This document shows positions 36,421 through 44,508 of a stretch of DNA of 46,456 bases, in pieces. The stretch's first letter is position 1; each line of letters opens with the position of its first letter. The notes under the pieces were generated by a model that was given only the letters and a program-made list of their open reading frames with translations, had not been told where the DNA came from and did not search any database. This DNA is from Candidatus Nomurabacteria bacterium GW2011_GWA1_36_15 (GTDB lineage Bacteria; Patescibacteriota; Minisyncoccia; Phycocordibacterales; UBA9973). A program made the position numbers and the translations under genes. The stretch covers positions 5,232 through 51,687 of the forward strand of contig LBRM01000001.1 of NCBI GenBank assembly GCA_000991415.1, in the 5' to 3' direction.

Positions 36421-36873
36421 TCAGTACTTACTTCCAATAGTTAAAAGTTTACTTTCTCGTGCAATTTTTCTTTCTTGGTAACTCGCTGGTCTATAGGGTA
36501 ACTGGCAACATTTTCGGCAGAGAGGAGGCTCAACTTCGGTGTAAAAGTATAGGTATTTAATTCTTCGATTACACCTACTACAGATAAAATAAAAAAGTAC
36601 CCCTCTGTCTTTACCTAAGTTAGACGGAACATAATCAACTTCCTGAAAATGCCAATAAGGATTGCCTCGTAGGTCATTAACAGATTTGAATTTCGTTTTT
36701 TCAGGTATATTCATTAATGCTTTTACACGAAAAGCTTCAAACTCGTTGTTAAATTTTATTTTCTTATTTTCAAGTTGCTCTAGCTCACGCACAAAAGACC
36801 TGACATAGTCAAAAATGTCTATTCTGCGAGTAATTTCTGGCTTTCCTATGTCTTCGTACCTTGAGTTATACAT
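36421..36873 (-). CDS. Hypothetical zinc-ribbon protein
   Basis: CSRCNRR...CRKCC (CxxC-17-CxxC). It is convergent with the previous ORF, with a 1-nt gap. Confidence 0.5.
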   Translation of the reverse strand: MYNSRYEDIGKPEITRRIDIFDYVRSFVRELEQLENKKIKFNNEFEAFRVKALMNIPEKTKFKSVNDLRGNPYWHFQEVDYVPSNLGKDRGVLFYFICSRCNRRIKYLYFYTEVEPPLCRKCCQLPYRPASYQERKIARESKLLTIGSKY

Positions 36874-37085
36874 AATCGCTAATAATCTCTAAGGATCATT
36901 GGTTTGTTTTTATAAAATGATAGTATCTACTACTATAATTAACTCAATACTCTACTTGTGCTTCTTATTAAAATTAATGGCTAGGCATTTTCAAGCACCT
37001 TTTGAAGATTTGGGCTGGTTTGGTAATAGTCCCAAAATCGAGAAAGGTAGTTTTTTAAGGAGTTCAATGTTTTACCCACTGTGTC

Positions 37086-37175
37086 CACCACTTCGCCTCA
37101 CTTGCTACGCTTTGTTCGGCTTCGCGGTGCAGGCACACAAAAACCATTTATGTAATTTATTATTGCGAAGTGGTG
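37086..37175. repeat. GC-rich element closed by an 11-bp inverted repeat, upstream of the GIY-YIG gene
   Basis: CACCACTTCGC (37086-37096) pairs with GCGAAGTGGTG (37165-37175). It is followed by GTCCC...GGGAC (37174-37201). Local GC is well above the surroundings. Confidence 0.5.
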
Positions 37176-37223
37176 TCCCGCATAGCTTTAGCGGCGTGGG
37201 ACTTTGTTATATAATATATTAAT

Positions 37224-37463
37224 ATGTTTTATACTTATATTTTAAGAAGCTCTATTGATGGGACAAAATATATTGGTCATACATCAGACTTGAAAAAAAG
37301 ATTACAAAATCATAACCAGCATCAATCAAAATACACTTCGACAAAAGCACCATATATTTTAATTTGGTATTGTGCGTTTTTGACTAAAGATAAAGCTATA
37401 AATTTTGAGAAATATTTAAAAAGCTCGTCAGGTTTCGCTTTTTCAAACAAAAGATTAATTTAA
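37224..37463 (+). CDS. Small GIY-YIG nuclease-superfamily protein (paralogue of 1805-2065)
   Basis: FYTYILRS...KYIGHTSDLKKRLQNHN follows the same GIY-YIG pattern. Confidence 0.7.
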   Translation: MFYTYILRSSIDGTKYIGHTSDLKKRLQNHNQHQSKYTSTKAPYILIWYCAFLTKDKAINFEKYLKSSSGFAFSNKRLI

Positions 37464-37507
37464 AAAAATGGCGAAGAGATAAAAAAGTTGCTAGTATAAG
37501 GATAATT

Positions 37508-40495
37508 ATGATTTTGGTAAAAAAGATATTGAAATTAAGAGTGCTAATCTTTGTTTTCGCTTTTCTGGCTTTTGCTCCCAGCGCTTTTGCCGAAACCACT
37601 GTATCGGGCGTTATAGATACGAATACTACCTGGACATTGGCGAACAGCCCGTATGTCGTGGATAACGATTTGTCGATTGACTCCGCGACTCTAACCATTG
37701 AGCCGGGTGTTGTCGTAAAGGTGGCTCCTTTCGCTAGTATTGCGCTAGACCAAGACGGGACCATTTCTGCCATTGGTACACCCACAAATAAAATTTACTT
37801 TACCAGTTTGGTAGATGATGAAATAGGCGGAGATACAAATGGTGATGGGAATGCTACTATCCCCGATCTGATAACAGGAGAATATTTCTGGAGTGGAATT
37901 TACTCTTACGGGGGTAATTTAGGCATTGTGCTTAGCAACGCTGTGGTTCGATATGCCGAGCGAGGTTTTTCACTTAGAGAAGCAAGTGATGTCCAGATAG
38001 CGGATTCAATTTTTGAAAAAAATTTCATAGGCATTGAGGACCAAGGTAAAAATTCGGTGAATATCTCAAATAGTGAAATTATGAATAATAACGCTGGTAT
38101 TTCTATTTCACAAATAGACAGCGAGCCAAATTCAACTTATGCCGTGAGTGGTCTTTCTATCCATGGAAATAATTACTCCGGAGTAAGCTATTATATTTTA
38201 CCGCCCTTGGCAAAAAAGAATTCTAATCCATTTATTTGGTTTGCTAATTTATTTAAAACCGAAAAAGCCCTAGCACAAACTATAATTGACTTTACCGTAG
38301 ATTTTAGAAATACCTGGTGGGGTGATGCGTCTGGACCACAAAGCGTTGATAACCCAACCGGTCTAGGCGATGTGATTGATGACAATGGCTTCCTCAATCC
38401 TAAAGTTTTATTTGACCCGTGGCTTACGACGGATCCGTTTATAATTACACCACCACTTCGTAATCCAGTCTTAATAGTGCCAGGAGTTTTAGGTACAAAT
38501 ATATTCAAAGGAGCGGAAAAATTATGGCTTGACCTTCTTCGTAATTTTACTGACATAAGTGATCAATTCATGGATCCTTTACAGTTTGACAATAGCCTAC
38601 TCCCACTAGATACAAGTTTAGATTTAGGAAATGTTATAAGTAGAGAAACGGTTAATATCGGATTGGGGAACATTGTGGTATCAGATTATACTTTTAGTTT
38701 AATTAAAGAATTTGAAGATCAAGGATACACCCAAGGAGCAACCGCAAACGACAATCTATTCCTCTTCCCCTATGATTGGCGATACGGAGTAAGTGTAAAC
38801 AATATCAACGAGTTAAAACAAAAAATTCAAGATATTAAAACTCAAACAAGTAGTGACGAAGTTGATGTTGTAGCTCACAGCACTGGCGGTTTGTTGGTTA
38901 AAAAATATGTAATGGACAATCCTGTGAATAATTATATCGGCAAAGCGGTTTTTGTTGGGGTGCCAAATACCGGTGCGCCAAAAGCTATCAAAGTTTTATT
39001 GCAAGGAGACGGGTTTGGAATTCCATGGCTCGCGGATGGAGAAATGAAAAAAATTTCAAAAAATTTACCCGTTGTATACGATCTTTCACCAAGTCAGGAA
39101 TATTACAATCAAAAAGGAAGCTATGTAAAAATTATCAATCAAGGCTTTTTTAGTTCTACAACTCAAAATTTAGATTTTAATCAAGCCAATAGCTTCCTTA
39201 CTACTGACCATCAATTAAATTCTCAAGCGCTCGCCAATGCACAGAGTTTACACACTGCAAACTTTGATAATTTTGATTTGCGAACAGCTGGTGTAGATTT
39301 ATATAGCATTGCTGGATGTAAAGCGGGTACCATAGGTAAAATCGTAGAACGTAGGGTGCAAACTATTTTAGGGGGCATAAGCACAGGGTATGATCAACCA
39401 GAAAGAGTCCCAGGAGATGGCACTGTACCACTTGAAAGTGCCACTAACCTGCCAATTAATTCGGAAAATAAGTATTATGCGCTAGAATCTGATCATGGGA
39501 AAATGTTGAGTCAAGATAATATTAGACAACAAATCATGAATATTATTTCTGGCAGCAGTCTTGCTGTTGACAGTTCAAAAATTTCTCAAGATATTTCTGA
39601 ATGCAAATTAAATGGTAAAGCAATCTCAGTTTTTAGTCCCTTAGATATTGAGATTACAGATCAAGATGGAAATCATGCTGGACTTGTTGCTGGGGGAGTT
39701 GAAAATAATATCCCAAATGCAAGTTTTGATATTATGGGTGAGCATAAGTTTGTCTATCTGCCAGATGATGAAGGTCAAACTTATGAAATTGAAGTTAATG
39801 GCACTGGGAATGGAACATTTACATTAAAAAATGAAAAAATTACAGATAACCAAATCATTCAAACTGAAGTTTTTAGTGATATTCCGGTTACGACAAATCT
39901 AACAGGAAATTTGAATTTGGGAGATTCCTCGACATTGTCTATTGACCAAAATGGCGATGGTAACGAAGAAACGATTTTTCCGGACGGCAGTGAGTTGTTC
40001 CTAAATCAGCTTCTTGCCCTGATTAAGGAAAAAATTCAATCGCTTAATGCGAAAGATAAACTAAAGCAAAGTCTTCTAAAGAAGATAGGTAATTTGGAGA
40101 AAAAAATTGAGAAAAAGAAAGAACAAAATTCAAAAATCCTTACAAAGTTTAAAAATAAAATCACCAAACAAGAAATGAAAGGTAAAATAAACACAACTGA
40201 TGCTAACAACATTATTGAGTTGCTGGACCTTTTAGAAGCGCAAGCGGAAGACATTGCGCTTGACCCTGCTATTCTCTCACAGCTTAAAATCAAGATACAA
40301 ACACTTGGTATCAAACAAAATCAAAAAAATGATATGCTCAAGCGTGTTGAAAAACTTGAGAACAAACAAAGGCTCGTTAAAACACTTTCCAATCTGATAG
40401 TAAACATTACTAAAAAGGGGCAAAAAGGAAAAATCTCAGCTACAGATGCGCAAGAACTGTTGAATCTTTTGGGGCAGATTGAAAGTGTGATATAA
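37508..40495 (+). CDS. Secreted multidomain protein: beta-helix + LCAT/PGAP1-like alpha/beta-hydrolase (lipase/esterase) + Ig-like region + repeated coiled-coil tail
   Basis: Signal peptide ...APSAFA|ET and parallel beta-helix repeats ending in NTWWGDASGP. The lipase motifs are PVLIVPGVLGT, YDWRYG, nucleophile elbow VVAHSTGG and PGDGTVPLESA. The C-terminal repeats are KGKINTTDANNIIELLDLL and KGKISATDAQELLNLL. Confidence 0.75.
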   Translation: MILVKKILKLRVLIFVFAFLAFAPSAFAETTVSGVIDTNTTWTLANSPYVVDNDLSIDSATLTIEPGVVVKVAPFASIALDQDGTISAIGTPTNKIYFTSLVDDEIGGDTNGDGNATIPDLITGEYFWSGIYSYGGNLGIVLSNAVVRYAERGFSLREASDVQIADSIFEKNFIGIEDQGKNSVNISNSEIMNNNAGISISQIDSEPNSTYAVSGLSIHGNNYSGVSYYILPPLAKKNSNPFIWFANLFKTEKALAQTIIDFTVDFRNTWWGDASGPQSVDNPTGLGDVIDDNGFLNPKVLFDPWLTTDPFIITPPLRNPVLIVPGVLGTNIFKGAEKLWLDLLRNFTDISDQFMDPLQFDNSLLPLDTSLDLGNVISRETVNIGLGNIVVSDYTFSLIKEFEDQGYTQGATANDNLFLFPYDWRYGVSVNNINELKQKIQDIKTQTSSDEVDVVAHSTGGLLVKKYVMDNPVNNYIGKAVFVGVPNTGAPKAIKVLLQGDGFGIPWLADGEMKKISKNLPVVYDLSPSQEYYNQKGSYVKIINQGFFSSTTQNLDFNQANSFLTTDHQLNSQALANAQSLHTANFDNFDLRTAGVDLYSIAGCKAGTIGKIVERRVQTILGGISTGYDQPERVPGDGTVPLESATNLPINSENKYYALESDHGKMLSQDNIRQQIMNIISGSSLAVDSSKISQDISECKLNGKAISVFSPLDIEITDQDGNHAGLVAGGVENNIPNASFDIMGEHKFVYLPDDEGQTYEIEVNGTGNGTFTLKNEKITDNQIIQTEVFSDIPVTTNLTGNLNLGDSSTLSIDQNGDGNEETIFPDGSELFLNQLLALIKEKIQSLNAKDKLKQSLLKKIGNLEKKIEKKKEQNSKILTKFKNKITKQEMKGKINTTDANNIIELLDLLEAQAEDIALDPAILSQLKIKIQTLGIKQNQKNDMLKRVEKLENKQRLVKTLSNLIVNITKKGQKGKISATDAQELLNLLGQIESVI

Positions 40496-40551
40496 TAAAC
40501 GAGTGTATGTTTCGTGATTTATTAACTAAATTAATTTTTACTGAATAGTTT

Positions 40552-40839
40552 ATGAAAAGGAAATTTATACTTAGTAGTTTTTTGCTCATCTTAACTTACT
40601 TAATACCACTTTCTATATTGAGCCAATATCAAAACTCCCCGAACCTTGATTCGGTCCAAAAAATTACTTTTGTTACGCTATTCTTAGGTTCAACTGTCAT
40701 AATTTACTTAAATTGGAGGAAGGGAGAGAATACTGAATGGCTTCGTTGGACTTTAAAAATTCTTGGTATCTTAGGTTTTATTTACTCAGGAGTTATAATG
40801 GCATTATTATTTCTATTTAGGCATGGGATAGGTTTTTAG
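40552..40839 (+). CDS. Small three-TM membrane protein
   Basis: Three hydrophobic segments. It lies directly downstream of the lipase-like gene. Confidence 0.5.
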   Translation: MKRKFILSSFLLILTYLIPLSILSQYQNSPNLDSVQKITFVTLFLGSTVIIYLNWRKGENTEWLRWTLKILGILGFIYSGVIMALLFLFRHGIGF

Positions 40840-40867
40840 TTTAAAATGGATAATTCTTCTAGCGAGA

Positions 40868-41206
40868 ATGGTTTTTCCTAGTAAAAATTTAATGGAAGTA
40901 AAATCAAGACAACAAATTCTTGAAAGACGAAAAGAAATTGAGCAGGAATTTGTGGACATGCTTAAGAAAACTAAAAGCCCTTTTTCTCTAGAACATATTA
41001 AGGATATTATTTTTCACGAGGAAGACAACGACGACATGCAAAAAGTTATTGCTATATTTGATCGTGGTGGAGATGTTTCAGAATTAAGCACTATTCTTGA
41101 ATTGGTAAGCGATGCTTGGAATTATTTTCCACACAAAGTTATCAATGGTTTATCGCCAGCCGAAAAGCTTTTTGAGTATCAAAACAAGCAGGATAAAAAG
41201 AAATAA
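40868..41206 (+). CDS. Small acidic cytoplasmic protein, hypothetical
   Basis: 112-aa ORF with no recognised motif. Confidence 0.45.
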   Translation: MVFPSKNLMEVKSRQQILERRKEIEQEFVDMLKKTKSPFSLEHIKDIIFHEEDNDDMQKVIAIFDRGGDVSELSTILELVSDAWNYFPHKVINGLSPAEKLFEYQNKQDKKK

Positions 41207-41209
41207 TTT

Positions 41210-41365
41210 ATGAAAAAAGACAAAAAAATTATTATTGAGGTTCGAGCTATTATTTTACACGAAGGAAAATTATTGGAGCGTAGTAATGAGTTTCAAGTTT
41301 TGGTGGCACGCGGAGCGTGCGCATTAGTTCATTTGATTTTCGAAATAAGTTCGTGCAAAGGATAG
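41210..41365 (+). pseudogene. Truncated NUDIX-hydrolase-like gene fragment
   Basis: Hand translation MKKDKKIIIEVRAIILHEGKLLE resembles a NUDIX N-terminal strand. The sequence then diverges into the GC hairpin region and stops at 51 aa with no NUDIX box. Confidence 0.35.
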
Positions 41366-41396
41366 TAATACTCCACATAAATGTTAAAATATAATA

Positions 41397-42717
41397 ATGT
41401 CGATAAAACCTGAACTAAATGTTTCGGGATATAGAGGAATCTGGGGACAAACTTTAAATGAAGAAGTAGTTTCAAAATACACTCGAGCTTTTACTCATTT
41501 CGCTAAAGAAGATTCTAAAAAAGAAAAACTAACTATTCTAATTGGACGAGATGGACGTGAAAGTGGTCCTGAAATAAAAAAAATAATTATTAAAGAATTA
41601 GAAAATTTGGGAGTTGTTGTTATTGATGGTGATATTTTGCCGACACCGACAATCTTATTTGCTGTCCGAAAACATAAATATGATGGTGCTATTATTATTA
41701 CTGCCTCTCATAATCCAATAGAGTACAATGGCTTAAAATTTGTTAATAATAAAGCACTTTTTACCATCAAAGAGGAAGCAGAAAAAATAAAAAGATATTA
41801 TGACCATTCCTAACTTCACAAAAGAACACGCTGACCAAATTTTGACCCATATTAATGTAGAAGCGATTCGCGCCAGAAAGTTTAAAATAGCTGTCGATAT
41901 GATAAACGCTTCTGCTTGCGTAATGGATCCATATCTTTTTGAAAAACTTGGCGTGGAATTGATTCCTTTAAACAACATCCCTAATGGAAAATTTGCTCAT
42001 AAACCTGAACCTCTTAAAGAAAATCTGAGTGATATTGCCAATCTAGTTAAAAAGTCAAAAGCAGATCTTGGCTTTGTGCATGATCCTGATGCTGACAGAC
42101 TGGTGATTATAAACGAAAATGGAGAAGTAATTTCAGAGGAATATTCTTTGGCCCTGGGGGTAGAAAATGTCTTATCTAAAAATCCTGGCGAAAAAATCGT
42201 GATAAATTTATCTACTTCCCAAATGAGTGCAGATATTGCTAAAAAATACAATAGTGAATATTTCCGTACAAAAATCGGAGAAGGATATGTTGTCGAAGGA
42301 ATTTTATCTCATAATGCCATTATTGGTGGCGAAGGAAATGGTGGAGTTATATATCCCAAAATTAACACCGTGCGCGATAGTTTTACCAGTTTATCTCTTA
42401 TTCTTGAACTTCTGGCAGAGAGAAAGCAAACGGTAAATGAATGCATTGCCACCTTACCAAAATATTTTATCAAGAAAGACAAGTGGCCGGCCGCTGGAAA
42501 AAATTTGAATGAAATATATTCAAGATTAGAATCTCATTTCAAAGATGCAAAAACAGACAAGCAAGATGGCTTGCGTCTTGATTTTCTTAATAGTTCTTGG
42601 ATCCATTTAAGACCATCCAATACTGAACCAATTATCAGACTTTTCGGTGAAGCAAAAGATGAAAAATCTATAGAATCATTATTCAATGAAGTTAAGTTGA
42701 CTTTAGACGGAAAATAA
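41397..42717 (+). pseudogene. Alpha-D-phosphohexomutase (GlmM/PMM-PGM type) split by a +1 frameshift near 41789-41813
   Basis: ORF 41397-41813 carries the TASHNP phosphoserine loop. ORF 41800-42717 carries the DPDADR Mg site and the GEGNGG sugar loop. The second frame is closed upstream by TAA at 41788-41790, so the shift lies within about 24 nt that include an A5 run. Confidence 0.7.
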
Positions 42718-42755
42718 GCTAAGCTATTCTTAGTTTAAAGTATCAATATATCCAA

Positions 42756-43259
42756 TTGCGAGAAAGAATAAACAACCAAATACGAGCAAAAGAACTTCGG
42801 GTGATAGATAGTGAAGGTCAAAATCTCGGTGTTTTAAGTATAAAAGAGGCGCTAGAACTGGCCCAAAGCAAGGGTACAGATTTGATTGAGATATCTCCCA
42901 ATACTAATCCTCCAGTCGGTAAGATAATGGATTTTGGAAAATATCAGTACGAAATAAATAAAAAATTAAAGAAAGCCAAGGCAGGTTCTAAACCAACGGA
43001 GACAAAATCAATTCAGATAAAAATAGGCACTGGGGATCATGATTTAGGACTGAAAGCTAAAACCGCTTCAAAATGGTTAAAAGAAGGGCATAGAATCAAA
43101 GTTGAACTTTTTCTTGCTGGACGCGCAAAATATATGGATGAAAAATTTCTAAAAGAACGACTAGATCGAGTATTGCATTTGATTACCGAAAATTATAAAG
43201 TTTCTGATTCATATAAGAGAAGTCCTAAGGGTTTAATTACAACCATAGAAAAGAAGTAG
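42756..43259 (+). CDS. infC: Translation initiation factor IF-3
   Basis: INNQIRAKELRVIDSEGQNLGV..., KIMDFGKYQYE and the C-terminal domain. The start is an apparent non-AUG (TTG). Confidence 0.9.
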   Translation: MRERINNQIRAKELRVIDSEGQNLGVLSIKEALELAQSKGTDLIEISPNTNPPVGKIMDFGKYQYEINKKLKKAKAGSKPTETKSIQIKIGTGDHDLGLKAKTASKWLKEGHRIKVELFLAGRAKYMDEKFLKERLDRVLHLITENYKVSDSYKRSPKGLITTIEKK

Positions 43260-43312
43260 TTATAAAGTTTATAAAGTAGAAAGTTTATAAAGTAAAATAC
43301 AAGAATTAAAAC

Positions 43313-43501
43313 ATGATGAAAACAAATAAGTCATACACAAAAAGGCTCAAGCTTACAAAAAATGGAAAGGTCATTTCTCGCAGGCCAGGTTTTAACCATT
43401 TTAATGCTAAACAATCACGAAAAACACAATTAGCTGGAAAGAAAGGCCGGAGTTTCTTAATAAAAAATAAACCAAAGTCACACTTGCTTCCTTTCAGCTA
43501 A
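43313..43501 (+). CDS. rpmI: Ribosomal protein L35
   Basis: A 62-aa basic protein, K..K...KR.K.T..GK. It lies between infC and rplT. Confidence 0.85.
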   Translation: MMKTNKSYTKRLKLTKNGKVISRRPGFNHFNAKQSRKTQLAGKKGRSFLIKNKPKSHLLPFS

Positions 43502-43543
43502 TTTTATAACTTTAAGAACTTTAAAAACTTTTAACTAATTATT

Positions 43544-43888
43544 ATGACCAGAGTAAAAAAAGGAGTACATGCATTGAAGAGAAGAAGAAGTGTATTAAAA
43601 CAAACAAAGGGTTTTCGACATGGACGAAGTACTAAAGAACGCCAAGCCAAAGAAGCACTTTTGCATGCGGGAAATTATTCTTTCGCTCACAGGAAAGATA
43701 AAAAATCTCACAACAGGAAACTTTGGAATATCAAAATAAACGCTCTCTCTAGAGAACTCGGAATGTCCTATTCAAAATTAATTGGTACCCTAAAAAAGAA
43801 AAATATATTACTGGATCGAAAAATTTTAGCTGACTTGGCACAAAATCAACCTTTAATTTTTGCTAAAATTCTAGAAAGTCTCAAATAA
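43544..43888 (+). CDS. rplT: Ribosomal protein L20
   Basis: MTRVKKGVHALKRRRSVLKQTKGFRHGRS... is a canonical L20 N-terminus. Confidence 0.9.
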   Translation: MTRVKKGVHALKRRRSVLKQTKGFRHGRSTKERQAKEALLHAGNYSFAHRKDKKSHNRKLWNIKINALSRELGMSYSKLIGTLKKKNILLDRKILADLAQNQPLIFAKILESLK

Positions 43889-43896
43889 AAAAACTA

Positions 43897-44496
43897 TTAT
43901 TTCTTATGTTCGTCTATCCTATATTTTTTAACGGTAGCAATGACATCTGCTACAAGTTTTTTAGGATTATCTCCACTGACAATTTTATCATTAGGGCGAT
44001 GGCTTTTGGCAATTATATCTTCTAACTCTTTATCTGTTTCCCAAGATCCTTTTAAAATACCTATGGGTTTATAATCTTCAAAGGCGACAACAAATTCATG
44101 AATAGTACCAATACGTCCACATCCACATATAACTGCATCACAAGAACGAGTAAGCAGAAGATCGCGCCCTGGATAACCAAAACCGGTATAAATAATTAAA
44201 TCCATATAGTCGATAGGAAGTTTATAAGTTTCTACATGTTCCTTTTCCGAAGCGGCTGGAGAAAAACCAATTGATATTCCACCTTCTTCTTTAGCTCCCA
44301 TAACTGCCCAAAATGGAAAACCAGTGGTTGCCCCTGTCACTAAAACCGCTCCTTGACGAGCTATTTCTCGTCCAAGTTCTTTTGCTATATCTAATGTGTC
44401 TGATCCACAATGACTAGTATCAGCCGCACCAGAAACACATATTTTTATTTGGTTGTGCCCATGTTTATAGTAAGGATTCGGTGAAATAATATCCAT
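43897..44496 (-). CDS. TIGR00725/LOG-like (SLOG Rossmann) family protein
   Basis: ICVSGAA...LVTGATTG...PGRDLLLTRSCDAVICGCGRIGTIHE pattern. Confidence 0.6.
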   Translation of the reverse strand: MDIISPNPYYKHGHNQIKICVSGAADTSHCGSDTLDIAKELGREIARQGAVLVTGATTGFPFWAVMGAKEEGGISIGFSPAASEKEHVETYKLPIDYMDLIIYTGFGYPGRDLLLTRSCDAVICGCGRIGTIHEFVVAFEDYKPIGILKGSWETDKELEDIIAKSHRPNDKIVSGDNPKKLVADVIATVKKYRIDEHKK

Positions 44497-44508
44497 AAAT
44501 TTATTCTA

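Larger units (their letters stand above)
31282..41378. mobile_element. Roughly 10-kb integrated island at the tmRNA 3' end, bounded by the 8-bp direct repeat CTCCACAT
   Basis: CTCCACAT occurs at 31282-31289 (the last nt of ssrA) and at 41371-41378 (18 nt before the first core gene). A serine recombinase gene sits at the ssrA-proximal end. The cargo is all accessory or hypothetical, and core genes flank both sides. Confidence 0.6.

Noticed and set aside
37058-37096. GGAGTTCAATG...CCCAC...TCCACCA, resembling a degenerate tmRNA/tRNA 3' end (a possible internal att remnant); also an SD-ATG for a 51-aa ORF
   Set aside because: No T-arm pairing is possible and only three short word matches exist. 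The Cys/Leu-rich 51-aa translation (part of track ORF 36899-37222, which begins at a non-ATG codon) looks non-protein-like. The region is better treated as a GC-rich structured element.
37396-37785. A 129-aa minus-strand ORF overlapping the start of the 995-aa gene, and 38191-38556 / 40036-40314 inside it
   Set aside because: They are antisense to an ORF with clear domain motifs and have no motifs of their own.
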